In this document: positions 40,094-50,735 of the stretch, one piece after another
How the letters are laid out: the number at the start of each line of letters is the position of its first letter
Position numbering within the stretch: the first letter of the stretch is position 1
Assembly: GCA_049320885.1 (NCBI GenBank)
Contig: JBMORA010000017.1
Span: forward strand, 32,001-96,000
Reading direction: 5' to 3'
Length of the DNA stretch: 64,000 nt
Source: Thermodesulfobacteriota bacterium
GTDB lineage: Bacteria; Desulfobacterota; Desulfobacteria; Desulfobacterales; SURF-7
Notes under the pieces: model-generated
Told to the model about the DNA's origin: nothing
The model's database searches: none
What the model saw: the letters and a program-made list of their open reading frames with translations, nothing else
Made by a program: the position numbers and the translations under genes

Positions 40094-43000
40094 TCAGCGT
40101 TCTTTCGATCCGGACGAGGGGGAACGGAGCCATTTCCGGAGCGACTTGCCCGGGGTAAATCTGTCAACCATTTTGGACGGCAGTGAAATGGTCTGCTTGA
40201 TCAGATTCCGCAAATACTGCTTATCGTTTTCCAGGGGCCCTCCCTTATGAAAAGCCACCGCGGGTTTGCCGATGGTTCCGGTCAGCCGGATGGGGATCAA
40301 TACGAGACCTTTCTCGCCGCCGCCGAGGTCTTTTCCCACCAGGGGAATGGTGGTGACAACCGAATCAATGGATTTGAACGGTTTTGCATACACGATCAAA
40401 TCCAGGGAGTTATCGCTCAATCCGATGGAACCCTTGATAAAAAAGTCCAGGCCGTCTCCCAGGATGAAGGCTTCCCGGATATGACAGCGGTCGCCGGAAA
40501 TGTCGCCGGTCAGCTTCATGTGGGAATACGGATATCCTTCGGCGAAAATATTGCGGATTTTGGATTTGGAAAACAGGTCGGTGACATTGATGAGGGTGAA
40601 AATTTTCGACAGGGCGGGCATCTGATGCAACACCCCGTTTTCAGCCGACACGGTGACATGACCGTTTTCCCATTTGCCGGGCAGGCCCGTGAGTCGGGCG
40701 TCCAGGGTGCATTGGCCGGTCACATATTTCTGCTCAAGGCCCATGCAGGCAAGCAATTCCCGTATATCCCGCGGGGCCGGCCTGCCGGCTGAAATATTGA
40801 TCAGCAGCGGGTCCGGCGGTTTCTTCAGGACACCTGTGGTGGAAACGCCGCAGATGGTTCCTTCGGTGACGGCGACGGAGGCTTTTCCATCCGGCAGCAG
40901 GGCGATTTTCCCGCGCAGAGCGTCCCACACCAACGGCCGGCCGCCAAGGGAGTTTTCCGGGTTTTCCGGCGTGACCTCGAATTGCGCCAGATCGAAAGCG
41001 ATGGAACCGGCAATGGTTGGCCCGGACGATGCGGTGGATCCCGTGGCAGCCCCCGGGGCCGGGTTTCCGGGCGACGGCTCCCCACCGGCATATTTTTCCG
41101 TAAACGCTCGATACAGTCGTAAGAGGTTGCCGGTGGAGAGAAACGGCGAACCAACGGCCAGATCGGTGGTGAAACCGTTGCCGGACAGGGAAACCAATCC
41201 GTCGGCCGTGACGGTCTCCTCATTGAGCGAAAGGGACGCGTTTTTGATTTCCACAAACGCATCATGGCCGATGAGTTCGGCGCGGTTGACGGCCACGCGC
41301 TGATCGCCGGCATGCACCGCAAAGCCCTGGATCCTGGATTCGCCTTTCCAATAACTGGTTTCCGGCCGGTTGAAAACATACTTGAGCTGGAAATCGCCGG
41401 TGATGTTGCCGGAAAGCAGCTTGTTCTCTTCCAGAACCATGGAAACGGTATCCTGCCGGAGGTTTCCCGCAAAACCGATATCCACGCTGGGCGCGGGGGC
41501 TTGTTCAAAAACAGCCCATAGGGTCGCGCTTTCCTCCGGTCGGGTGACGGAAAGTTTCCGGATGGTGAGGGTCTTGTTTTTGTATTCCAGATCGAGGCCG
41601 GTTTTGATTTCCATTCGGCGGGAGACCGGCGTGACCATGTCGGCTGCCAGCGCGATTCCGGTTTTGTCCAAGGCAATGGTAAGGCGTGAAAACCGGCAGG
41701 GCGTTCTGGGGAAAAACTGCGGGGGCAGCCAGTTTTTGTGTTTGATCCATTGGGCGAGCTGCGCTTCCACATTTCCCTGCATGGCGAGGTCGCCGTTGAA
41801 CTGCTGCCAGGAATCGTGCTTCAGGTCCATGCTGACGAGCCACCGCTGGTTTGCGAGACCGATATTTGCCCGGGAAACGCGGATGCGCCGGTCTCCGACC
41901 TGCGCGGAGAGATCCGTCAGCCGGGCGGGTCCGGGCAGATAGGGGGTGTCGATGTCCAGTTCGTCGCCGGCGAAACCGGCTTCATATTTCCAGTCCGCTG
42001 GCCTTGCGATGGTCCCCATGAATCCTGCGCTACGCACGCGGACCAGTCCCCGGATGGAACGCACCATGGCCGGCAGATGTTCCTGAACGGCCGGCCAGGT
42101 AAGGAGTTCCCTGTACAAGGCCTCGGTCTGGATGTCGGCATCCGCTTTTTTCACCTCCAGCCGGAGGCCGTCCTGCCAGGAAACGGTTCCGTCGGTATGA
42201 TGAATGACATGGGGCCCCAGGGCTGCGTTCACCTGGCTCCAGGAAAAGGCGCCGGGATAAAATTCCAGCGTGCCTTTCTTGATGCTCACCGGATGCTGAA
42301 GACGCCGGTAGACCAGGCGGCTGTTGGACTCGGAAACCAGGACCCTGACGGCCGGCTGCCGCAGCGTATCGCCGATGCTCAGCCGGGCTCTGGCGCGTCC
42401 GCCGGCGTCGTCGATGCGGCCGAGCTCGTCCACGACGGCGGGGTTGTTTTTCAGGATATGGTTTTTAAGGAGGTCCGGCAACTCGGCGATGTCGGCATCG
42501 ATGTCCAGGTCAAGATGAAAGGCGCGATCCTCGCCGAGGAGTCCGAGCCGCAGGGCGCCGTTCCGGCCGAAGGAATTGCCGAGCGTGGCGGACAGGTTCG
42601 CCCCGGTCAGCACCGCGTTTTCGATTGTTATCGGCCCGCTGGCATCCACGAGATCCAGGTCGACCCCCGGAACCTGAACGACGGCGTTTTCGGCCAGGGC
42701 CGTTATCCGCATCCTGCTCAATTTTTTAAAATCCGCCGTATATCCCTGGAAGGCGAATCCCCCGCTTTTCGCGCGGCCGCCCCGGACAATGCCGCAGACC
42801 AGCCCGGCAACCCGGTGGTTTGCGAATACCGAAAGGACCTTCTCCCTTGCCGCGGTGAGATCGATGCCCTCACCCTGGATATCCAGGGTCCAGAATTTCC
42901 CGCTGCGGCCGCCAGCCTCCGTATCCCGGTTTTCCAGGCGGACGGCCGCGGTCAGTCTTTCGATGAAGGGGAGCCGGCAGGCGCCGCGGATATCCACCGC

Positions 43001-43531
43001 GGCCGGGTCGACGGCGACCGTGGCGTCCAGCGCCGCTATTTCCAGCGGCGGGTCCTGACCGGCCAGGCCTGAGAGAAAACCGTCGGACGGCAGAACGATG
43101 CGGCCGTTCCGCACGGTTATGGCCATGCCGGGCAGCGCTTGTTTCCGTTCGGGGCCGGCCGGTTTTTTCCTGGCTGGTTTTTTCCCAAGGGTTTTGATGC
43201 AAAGGGCGGGGGATTGCAGCGTCACCTCGAATGGCGGCCGCCCCGGCGGCGAACCCCAGAGATGATAGCGAGCGGATGCTTCCGGAATGTCTACTGCCAT
43301 CATGTCATTGGATACCCGGACCGCTTCCAGGTCCAGATGCGGTGAGGGCAGCCAGGCCAGCGACGCCGTTTTCACTTGGCAATGCCCGCCAAGAGCCGCA
43401 CCCAGGAAGGCGGTGATCCGGTCCCGCACCGGCGCAAGGGTCAGCAGGCGGGGCGTCGCGAAGCCAAGCAGGGCGATGATCAGCAGGCAGACGGCTGCCG
43501 GAATCAGCATTATTTTGCAGAATCGAACCAT
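40094..43531 (-). CDS. AsmA-like/YhdP-family bridge-like protein
   Basis: N-terminal anchor, long beta-rich body, C-terminal IPLVGKDLGG..IRLTGTIGKP. Confidence 0.75.
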   Translation of the reverse strand: MVRFCKIMLIPAAVCLLIIALLGFATPRLLTLAPVRDRITAFLGAALGGHCQVKTASLAWLPSPHLDLEAVRVSNDMMAVDIPEASARYHLWGSPPGRPPFEVTLQSPALCIKTLGKKPARKKPAGPERKQALPGMAITVRNGRIVLPSDGFLSGLAGQDPPLEIAALDATVAVDPAAVDIRGACRLPFIERLTAAVRLENRDTEAGGRSGKFWTLDIQGEGIDLTAAREKVLSVFANHRVAGLVCGIVRGGRAKSGGFAFQGYTADFKKLSRMRITALAENAVVQVPGVDLDLVDASGPITIENAVLTGANLSATLGNSFGRNGALRLGLLGEDRAFHLDLDIDADIAELPDLLKNHILKNNPAVVDELGRIDDAGGRARARLSIGDTLRQPAVRVLVSESNSRLVYRRLQHPVSIKKGTLEFYPGAFSWSQVNAALGPHVIHHTDGTVSWQDGLRLEVKKADADIQTEALYRELLTWPAVQEHLPAMVRSIRGLVRVRSAGFMGTIARPADWKYEAGFAGDELDIDTPYLPGPARLTDLSAQVGDRRIRVSRANIGLANQRWLVSMDLKHDSWQQFNGDLAMQGNVEAQLAQWIKHKNWLPPQFFPRTPCRFSRLTIALDKTGIALAADMVTPVSRRMEIKTGLDLEYKNKTLTIRKLSVTRPEESATLWAVFEQAPAPSVDIGFAGNLRQDTVSMVLEENKLLSGNITGDFQLKYVFNRPETSYWKGESRIQGFAVHAGDQRVAVNRAELIGHDAFVEIKNASLSLNEETVTADGLVSLSGNGFTTDLAVGSPFLSTGNLLRLYRAFTEKYAGGEPSPGNPAPGAATGSTASSGPTIAGSIAFDLAQFEVTPENPENSLGGRPLVWDALRGKIALLPDGKASVAVTEGTICGVSTTGVLKKPPDPLLINISAGRPAPRDIRELLACMGLEQKYVTGQCTLDARLTGLPGKWENGHVTVSAENGVLHQMPALSKIFTLINVTDLFSKSKIRNIFAEGYPYSHMKLTGDISGDRCHIREAFILGDGLDFFIKGSIGLSDNSLDLIVYAKPFKSIDSVVTTIPLVGKDLGGGEKGLVLIPIRLTGTIGKPAVAFHKGGPLENDKQYLRNLIKQTISLPSKMVDRFTPGKSLRKWLRSPSSGSKER

Positions 43532-43533
43532 AC

Positions 43534-45960
43534 CTACCAGGCCATCCGTTCCGCGTCCCCTTTTTCGCCGATGCGGTGAAACCGGTAGAGGTCGAACACA
43601 CCGCCCTCGACGGGTTCCCGCTCCATGAAGGTGCGGTAATGCCAGTCGGCTTCCTGCCAGAAATCGGGGCTGTTGCGCTGGATCGAATATTTCCGGGCCA
43701 GCATGAAATAATCCACCGGGTCCTTCACCTGCAGATAGATGTCGACAGCCGCTTCCAGTTCCTCGAAGGGGATGCGCGAAAAGGCGTTGGGATAGCTGCC
43801 CATGTGACCTTTCACGACGGTCAGGGTGTCGTCCTCGATACGACGGCGGCGGTCCTCCTGGAACATCATGGAGTTGTTGCTCAGGGCCTTGTTGCGGATG
43901 AGGGTGTAGGCCAGATCCTTCTCCCCGCCGTTCATGACGATATGCATAAACGCCACATCCGGCAGGGGCTGCAAGCGCGCTCCCTTGATTTTCGTCAGCC
44001 GCCGTATCTGCCGGTCCGCGGCCTGTTCCAGGGGACCGGCATCCGGGTCGCGGCAGTCGTCCTGCTCGCAGCGGTTCAGGAAATCATGTTGGACGGCGGC
44101 CGGACCCGCATGGGCCAGCAGTTTACGAAAAAACTCGTTTTGGGGGTCGCGGGTGTGGAAAGCGACGCGGGTGCCGCGTCCGGTGCCGTGAAACTGTTCC
44201 GCGAGGTATTCCCTGGCTTCCTCCCGGGCGCCGCTGTACCAGCCGTCCCAGATTCTCTGGCGGCACTCCGGGGGCAGAAAGGACAGGAAATTGCTCTCGC
44301 CTTCCATGCGCAGGTAGTCCATATGAATCCGCGTTTCGGCCTGGTGGCCGACATTGCCGTACACATTGAAGCCGGCCACCAGCAGATAATGAACGCGCTC
44401 GAAGAGCGGATAATCGATGATCCAACCGGTTTCGGGCAGTTGACCCACAAACCCCTTGACCACGCTGGCGCTGTCGAAATGCCTGAAAATCGTCAGCAGG
44501 GCGTTGTCATTGAACCCGTCGCCGTCCCAGATGAACTCCATTCCCCGGCCCTTGCCGGACGGGTCCAGTTTTGTCAGATAACGGTTCCGGGCCTCCAGAT
44601 ACTGCCGCTGCAACCCGCGGTACTTACGCCAGACCTTCAAAATGCGGATATTGCTTTCTTCTTCCGACGGCAGGCGCAGGAAATCGCTGACTTCGGACAA
44701 AAAGGCCGAATCCGTGCTGATGGCGTCCAATTCCGGATTCGTGAAGGCCACGAAAAAATGATCGTTGATCACATTGAGGGCGATCTGACCGCGGCAGACA
44801 GGCCCTTTGATGAATCCCATCACGAAAAAGGCGGCGTCATCCAGCATGAAGCGGTAGCGGGATTCGGCCGGAATGGCCGCGAATGTCTTGAAGGCGTTGG
44901 CTTTCGTATCGTCGGCATAGCCCGGGAGCCGGTCCACCGCATAGGCGGGCTGGAGGAACAGTTCCCGGTAACGCGCCAACTTTTTCGGGTTCAGGCGATA
45001 GACCGTATGGTCCTTGACCGCCACGACGGCGTCCATCCGCCGGAATCGGTAATAGCATGTCGCTACCCCGGGATCGTCGTAAGGGCGGGTGGTGTTGATT
45101 TCCGCCACCGGCTGCCCCGGGGGCGTTTTGGAACGCACCAGGCGGTAAAACTCCCGGTCCGGCAATCCTTCGAAATGGATCCGGCCGATGAACAAATGCT
45201 CGTAAATATAGCGCGACATCAGCCGCTGTTTGGGGGTGTCGCCGTTCAGAAACGCTTCCCATTCCGCGACAATCCGTTGGGCCTTTGCCGACATGTCCGG
45301 TCCGGGTCCGACCCGGGCTCCTTGCCGCAGCCATTCCACCAGGGTCCGGTGATCCTGTTCGGGTAGACCCGGCAGGGCATAGGGCATGCCCCAGAGCGGG
45401 TATTTCTCTTCGAACTCGGCGAAGTCCTCGACGGTGGTGCAGATGTAGTTGTGATCCAGCCGCAGATCGAAGGTTTCCGACAAAAGTCCCGTTTCCGGCA
45501 GCGGGTTCTTCTGTTTCAATCGCAGCATCCGATAGAGCAGGGAGTTATCCAGATTGGCGTCCGGGTCCTGGCGTCTTTCGTTCAACACCGGATGAAAATC
45601 CAGCCCGCGCCAGGCAGTCGCCGTATCCGCATCAATGGACAGCCGGGTGGGTGGGTCGGCCGTGATCCGGGCGGAATCGTAGACCAGTTTCTTGCTGCCG
45701 CCGCGTTCAATCCCTTCGAAACTGGTCATTTTCAACTGACAGGGAGCGTCGTAACAGCTGTGGCAGACATCGCAGCGCTGCTCCAGTATGGGCTGGACAT
45801 CCTCATGGAACGAAACCAGGTCCGGCGCCTCCCCTGCCATGTTCCGATCAACAGGTGCGGCGGGGCCGTATCGGGCGTTGAATTCCGCCAGGCGGTAGAG
45901 GGTGCATCCGGCAAGAATTGAAAAAGCCAGCAACAGGAAAATCCGATATTTGGTTCTCAT
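43534..45960 (-). CDS. cti: Fatty acid cis/trans isomerase (c-type heme lipoprotein)
   Basis: CDVCHSCYDAPCQLK, WGMPYALP, FIKGPVCRGQIALNVINDHF, FRHFDSASV. Confidence 0.92.
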   Translation of the reverse strand: MRTKYRIFLLLAFSILAGCTLYRLAEFNARYGPAAPVDRNMAGEAPDLVSFHEDVQPILEQRCDVCHSCYDAPCQLKMTSFEGIERGGSKKLVYDSARITADPPTRLSIDADTATAWRGLDFHPVLNERRQDPDANLDNSLLYRMLRLKQKNPLPETGLLSETFDLRLDHNYICTTVEDFAEFEEKYPLWGMPYALPGLPEQDHRTLVEWLRQGARVGPGPDMSAKAQRIVAEWEAFLNGDTPKQRLMSRYIYEHLFIGRIHFEGLPDREFYRLVRSKTPPGQPVAEINTTRPYDDPGVATCYYRFRRMDAVVAVKDHTVYRLNPKKLARYRELFLQPAYAVDRLPGYADDTKANAFKTFAAIPAESRYRFMLDDAAFFVMGFIKGPVCRGQIALNVINDHFFVAFTNPELDAISTDSAFLSEVSDFLRLPSEEESNIRILKVWRKYRGLQRQYLEARNRYLTKLDPSGKGRGMEFIWDGDGFNDNALLTIFRHFDSASVVKGFVGQLPETGWIIDYPLFERVHYLLVAGFNVYGNVGHQAETRIHMDYLRMEGESNFLSFLPPECRQRIWDGWYSGAREEAREYLAEQFHGTGRGTRVAFHTRDPQNEFFRKLLAHAGPAAVQHDFLNRCEQDDCRDPDAGPLEQAADRQIRRLTKIKGARLQPLPDVAFMHIVMNGGEKDLAYTLIRNKALSNNSMMFQEDRRRRIEDDTLTVVKGHMGSYPNAFSRIPFEELEAAVDIYLQVKDPVDYFMLARKYSIQRNSPDFWQEADWHYRTFMEREPVEGGVFDLYRFHRIGEKGDAERMAW

Positions 45961-46007
45961 ACCCACGCTCCATTGAAAGAACTAGTCTCCAGCTCACGGC
46001 ATTTCGA

Positions 46008-47591
46008 TCAATTTTTCAACCGTATGGTTTCCAGCCGGCCCGCCCGGCGATGGACGAACTCCGGCACGTTGGCGGCCATGTCGCCGTCGCTGAAACGGGC
46101 CAGACGGACCGGAGGGGAATCGCTCCCGTTTTCGTCGATATGGGTGATATATATTTCCGTATAAATTGAATTCGCTTTCGAGCTGAAGAGCAGCCATCTG
46201 CCGTTCGGGGACCAGCTGTGCCAGGAGTTGAACTCCTCGCGGTTGCAGCTCATTTTCCGGGCCTCGCCGCCCGTGGAAGGGATCAGAAACAGTTCACTGT
46301 CCGGCTGGAGCATGATGCCCGATCTGCTGCGGGTGTAGACGATCCATCGGCCGTCCGGCGAGAAACGCGGGAAGTAATTGCTCATGCCGTTGGCGGAAGC
46401 CCCGCTCAGCGGCCGGGGCGCGCCGCCCTTTCCGCCGTTGAACGGGAGGGTCCAGATATCGAACTGGATGGGGAACCGCCGGTTGAGTTCCTCGATGCCG
46501 CAGTTTTCCACATGGGTTTTGACGTCGGCGATGTCGTCATGGTAGGCGTTCCTGGTTTCGGCGCGGGCAAAGGCGATTTGCCGTTCATCCGGGCTGAAGG
46601 CCGGGTCGGTCTGAATAGAAGCGGGATCGTCGGCGCCCTTCAGACTCCGGAACTCCCGCTTCTCGATGGCGTAAACGGCCAGAATCCCGTAAGTGGGAAA
46701 GAAAAGCTGGCAATAGGCCGGGTCGTTGGTCAGTGCCATGTAGGAAATTTCATTGACCGTGCCGACCAGATACTTGCCGGATGGCGACAGGCGGGCGAAA
46801 AGCCCCCTGGTTGCGGGAAGGATCTCCGGTTTTGGAAAATCGTTCCAGGTCATGAAATCCGACCCGGACAGGACGATATCCTTCCGGATGTCGGCAATGA
46901 GCTGGGCGCCGGCGTCGTTTCGATAATTCATTTCCATGCTGATGCGGTTGCCGTCGGCCGTCACCTGGTGACAGCTGGCGCACACCGGAATGTCCTCCAT
47001 GACCACGGACGGTTCCCCATAGGCCGCGATATCCCCCAGCCGCCATTTGATTCTGCGGAAATGCTCCTCCCCGACCTGGAAGGGTAGCGGCACCTGACGA
47101 TACAGGATCAGGGCGTCCACGGGATCCGTGGATGTCCGAATGCGGACAGCGCCGTCGGAAACTGGCTGCGGGGAATGGAGATCGGTAAAGCCGGTGATGG
47201 CGATGCGGGCCGGGGTTTCCACGGACTCCTGTTTGATGGTTTCCCACATTTTCCTGGCCGGCGACCAATGCGTTTCCCGGGTCACGTCGGTGACGAGCGG
47301 GCGGCCGCCCGTCTCCACGGCCACCAGCCAAAAACGGGCTTCCGGGTTCGGATCGTTCCAGGCGATCACCGGCGCCGCGATTTCCGGCGGAAACACCGCC
47401 CCATCGCAGGGCGCCGTTATCCTCAGCAAGCCGGCCGGGGCATTCCCCGCTGGAACTTGAAGCTGGCGGGCGATACGGCGGATTTCTTCCTTCCCCGGCG
47501 ACGGAAACGGCAGCGTCCGCTCCTGAAAGCGGCATCCCGCCGCCAGTGCGGCCGTCAGCAGCAAAATGCAATATAGGTTATGGAGGATCAT
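46008..47591 (-). CDS. TolB-like (PD40 repeat) lipoprotein with a CxxCH motif
   Basis: Lipobox AAGC, CASCH, PAFSPD / PRFSPDGRW / SWHSWSPNGRW repeats. Confidence 0.8.
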   Translation of the reverse strand: MILHNLYCILLLTAALAAGCRFQERTLPFPSPGKEEIRRIARQLQVPAGNAPAGLLRITAPCDGAVFPPEIAAPVIAWNDPNPEARFWLVAVETGGRPLVTDVTRETHWSPARKMWETIKQESVETPARIAITGFTDLHSPQPVSDGAVRIRTSTDPVDALILYRQVPLPFQVGEEHFRRIKWRLGDIAAYGEPSVVMEDIPVCASCHQVTADGNRISMEMNYRNDAGAQLIADIRKDIVLSGSDFMTWNDFPKPEILPATRGLFARLSPSGKYLVGTVNEISYMALTNDPAYCQLFFPTYGILAVYAIEKREFRSLKGADDPASIQTDPAFSPDERQIAFARAETRNAYHDDIADVKTHVENCGIEELNRRFPIQFDIWTLPFNGGKGGAPRPLSGASANGMSNYFPRFSPDGRWIVYTRSRSGIMLQPDSELFLIPSTGGEARKMSCNREEFNSWHSWSPNGRWLLFSSKANSIYTEIYITHIDENGSDSPPVRLARFSDGDMAANVPEFVHRRAGRLETIRLKN

Positions 47592-47655
47592 GTCTTTTCA
47601 GAATTCCGGGGCCGGCAGCCGGGATGAGTTGTATCCGGTGTGCGCACGGACGGGT

Positions 47656-48660
47656 TCATCGCGGCGGCAGCGGCAATCCTTCCCTGATTTTTCGAGAGAA
47701 CTCCGGATCATCGCCGACCGCCCTGGCCTGGGGGTTGATGAGGCTCGCCCGCCTCAGTTTTTCAAAGGGCAGCCGGTTGTCCAGTCCTCCGAGTTCATAG
47801 ATGTACTGCGGCGTATATCCACTCAGAAGTATTTTCCAGTTGTAGCGCAGCTGGTCGTTGAAGGTCCTGACATGCATCACCACATTGGTGGTGCAGTTGG
47901 TGGTGAGGGTGTTGTACCAGGCAGGCTGTGTTTTCATGGCGTTGATCTGCCGGATATATTCCATGAAGAGTTTGCGGGCCCTCTCCGGGGGGGACTTGGT
48001 GCGGTACAGATACACATCTTCCGGCGGCCGGCGGTAATCCGTCCGCACCCGGATGAGGTCCCGCTCGTCGCCGGCGATGTAGATGAGCTCATACTGTTTG
48101 AAAAAACCCTTCAGGGTGGAATAGGCTTCGTCTTTCTCCTTGCGGGTCTCGATGGAAAAGGTGAGAAAGTCCTGTTCCTGGAAACCGAAACTGATCATGA
48201 TATGGGCGATGGCGTCGCCCATCCAGTAAACGGCGATCAGATCCAGGGAATCGAGCTTGTCGAGATCGAAGGTCTTGTCGTAATAGTGGACATCGAAATC
48301 GGTTTCGGTGCGGTAGTGGATATTCCGGATATTATGCACCGTCACCCGGGATCCCTGGACGTCGGCATGGGGCAGGACCGCCACATCCGGCTGCCAGTCG
48401 CGGGAATTGGACGGCTCGATGGACGTCCACCCGGCAACCAGCAGGGCGAACACGACCATGAATCCCGCCAGGGCGCGTTTGCGGTTTTTCACCAGGATGA
48501 AGACGGCCAGGGTGCCGGCCGCGAAACCCGTCGCGATGGCGGTCTTGAGTCCGTCTCCGGGCAGGTCCGAATAGACGATCGCCAGGCATGCCCAGATCGT
48601 CGACAGGGTGACGATGGTACCCAGAAAGAGTCGCGCCAGCACTCCCGCCAGCTGTTTCAT
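47656..48660 (-). CDS. DUF4105 / Lnb N-terminal-like protein
   Basis: IAHIMISFGF, SIETRKE, YNTLTTNCTTN; start overlaps the hydrolase stop (ATGA). Confidence 0.82.
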   Translation of the reverse strand: MKQLAGVLARLFLGTIVTLSTIWACLAIVYSDLPGDGLKTAIATGFAAGTLAVFILVKNRKRALAGFMVVFALLVAGWTSIEPSNSRDWQPDVAVLPHADVQGSRVTVHNIRNIHYRTETDFDVHYYDKTFDLDKLDSLDLIAVYWMGDAIAHIMISFGFQEQDFLTFSIETRKEKDEAYSTLKGFFKQYELIYIAGDERDLIRVRTDYRRPPEDVYLYRTKSPPERARKLFMEYIRQINAMKTQPAWYNTLTTNCTTNVVMHVRTFNDQLRYNWKILLSGYTPQYIYELGGLDNRLPFEKLRRASLINPQARAVGDDPEFSRKIREGLPLPPR

Positions 48661-50630
48661 TGCAAGGATTCCTTTGTCTTGTCGAGATGTTCCAGCAAAA
48701 TTCGGCGAACTTCCTCGATGGTGGCCGGATGGTCCTGGGTGGAGTGGCCGGAATGGACGATGAACTCCGAGGCAACTCCTTCCAGGTGGGCGCTGCTGTA
48801 ATCCACCACCCCATCGGTCCATTCTTCCCTGGGATCGTCCGGGTTGTTCACGGCGCAGATGGAATGCGCGGTTATTCCGGGCGAAACGGGCAGGGGCGAC
48901 AGGGTTTTGACGAAAAAGCTGTTCGGATCCATGTTGTCCGTGCTCCGGGCGATCTTGTCGATGGATATGGTCGCTTCCAGTTCGGGATTCTGTTTGACGA
49001 TCTCCTTCATGGTTTTCACCAGACGGTTCGGCAGGGAAATGAATTCCCGCAGGGACCGGGTGACCCAGCCGCCGGCCAGATAACTGCCTTTATGCGGCGT
49101 GGCCAGAAAAACCACCCGCTTGACGGAAGGGATCGGCTTGAAGAAGAGGCTGCGTCGCAGAATCTCCTTGGCCTCCTCCGAGGCCTTCAGTTCCTCAAAG
49201 GGCTTCTGGAAGGCCTTGTCCCATAGAATCGTGCCGTTATCAACGGTCATCAGCTTGGTCAGGAGTCCGCCCTGGCTGTGGCCGATGACCACCATGTGCC
49301 CCAGGGCCGGATCTTCTCCCGAGGGATCCAGCTCTTTCACGATGTTGCGCAACCCATCGGCGAGGATGCCGGCGGAATAGACGATGGGGTTGCCCGTGTT
49401 ATAGGTGAACAACCAGAATTGGTAGCTCCTCCAGAGATGGGGATCATTGGAGAGTTCGTTGAACATTTCCGCCCAGCGGGCCGGACTGGATGCCGTTCCA
49501 TGCACGAACACCACCGGGATGAGTCCCTTGCGGTAGGGCGCCATGAGGAAGAGGTTGTCCCGGAATCTGGCCTTGTCCTTGACCAGGGATAGATTTCCCG
49601 AGAAAAGCGCCGAGAGTTCCACGTCATAGGCCCGCGAGCCCTCGAGGGTGTAGGCCAGGGCGGAACTGCACTCGTATTCGAGGGGCACCTTGTGTTCCTG
49701 AATGTCGACCGTGGTGGCCTCCACGGGGGTGTAGAACTCCAGCGATCCCCGGACCTTGCCGTTTTTGATGCCTTCCGTGGCGTTATCCAGTCTCAGAAAG
49801 GCGGTGACGGGCACCTTGAGTTTCGGCGGAATCCGTCTGTAGGCCGGGTCGTCCACTCCCTTCAGCGGTTTTGTCGAAGCGGCCAGCGGCGCGCCGATGC
49901 CGGGCCAGCGGTACCGATTGCGAAGCCCCCGGACATCGAAATCGGCGGTTGAGACAAAATTCGTCAGTTTGAAAGAACCCCACAGGAATTCTTCCGGCGG
50001 GATCTTTACGGTCAGTTCGCCGAAGGGCAACTGGATTGTCTTTTCATCCGCATCCGGCTGGACGTCACCGATTTTTTTAAAGGACAACGCCGAGGCAATG
50101 CTCAGGTTGTACAGGTCCAATGCGGTGCGCAGGCGGGGGTCGGACGGTTGCGGGGCGGCGGCTCCGTCCTCGGGAAAGAGAAAGGCATAGGCGTATACCG
50201 CCGTGGCGAAAAAATAAGGTTTGGTCCCTTCCCCGATGGCATGGGCGTAGCTGAGCTCGGCGAGAGCGAAGAGCCGGTCGGACTCCGAAGCGGTGGGAAG
50301 CCCCTTGTGAAGAGCGGCGATGACCTCCTCGGGCTGATCCTCGAATTGTTCGTCGAGTCCGGCGCGGTTGAGAATCTGCCGGGTGGTGGCGCTCAACTGG
50401 TCACCCGACAGGATGCTGGCGGTCAGGTTCCGCTGCACCTGCTTCGGATCGATGGACCGCACGCCCACCGGGGTGGCGCATCCGATGAGCAGCAGCGCGA
50501 TCATTGCCGGTATCACCCGGATGCCTGCCCGCCGGAGGCTGCGGGGTATGCGCGGGTCCGCGGAAAGGTTTCTCGACAGGAACTCTCCGGTCAGCTGTTT
50601 CCATGGATTAGCGTGAATTCGATGGCGCAT
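48657..50630 (-). CDS. Alpha/beta-hydrolase (lipase/esterase-like) lipoprotein
   Basis: Lipobox LIGC, FVHGTAS, GHSQGG, ATPHKGS, DGVV, GHS. Confidence 0.88.
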   Translation of the reverse strand: MRHRIHANPWKQLTGEFLSRNLSADPRIPRSLRRAGIRVIPAMIALLLIGCATPVGVRSIDPKQVQRNLTASILSGDQLSATTRQILNRAGLDEQFEDQPEEVIAALHKGLPTASESDRLFALAELSYAHAIGEGTKPYFFATAVYAYAFLFPEDGAAAPQPSDPRLRTALDLYNLSIASALSFKKIGDVQPDADEKTIQLPFGELTVKIPPEEFLWGSFKLTNFVSTADFDVRGLRNRYRWPGIGAPLAASTKPLKGVDDPAYRRIPPKLKVPVTAFLRLDNATEGIKNGKVRGSLEFYTPVEATTVDIQEHKVPLEYECSSALAYTLEGSRAYDVELSALFSGNLSLVKDKARFRDNLFLMAPYRKGLIPVVFVHGTASSPARWAEMFNELSNDPHLWRSYQFWLFTYNTGNPIVYSAGILADGLRNIVKELDPSGEDPALGHMVVIGHSQGGLLTKLMTVDNGTILWDKAFQKPFEELKASEEAKEILRRSLFFKPIPSVKRVVFLATPHKGSYLAGGWVTRSLREFISLPNRLVKTMKEIVKQNPELEATISIDKIARSTDNMDPNSFFVKTLSPLPVSPGITAHSICAVNNPDDPREEWTDGVVDYSSAHLEGVASEFIVHSGHSTQDHPATIEEVRRILLEHLDKTKESLQ

Positions 50631-50735
50631 TGATGACCTCTTGTATGGTTGACGGCTAATTTCCAGGAAGATTCCGATCCATGGACACATCCCGGCCGAT
50701 GCCCGGCAACAGGGTGGTAACCGATGAGATGAACG

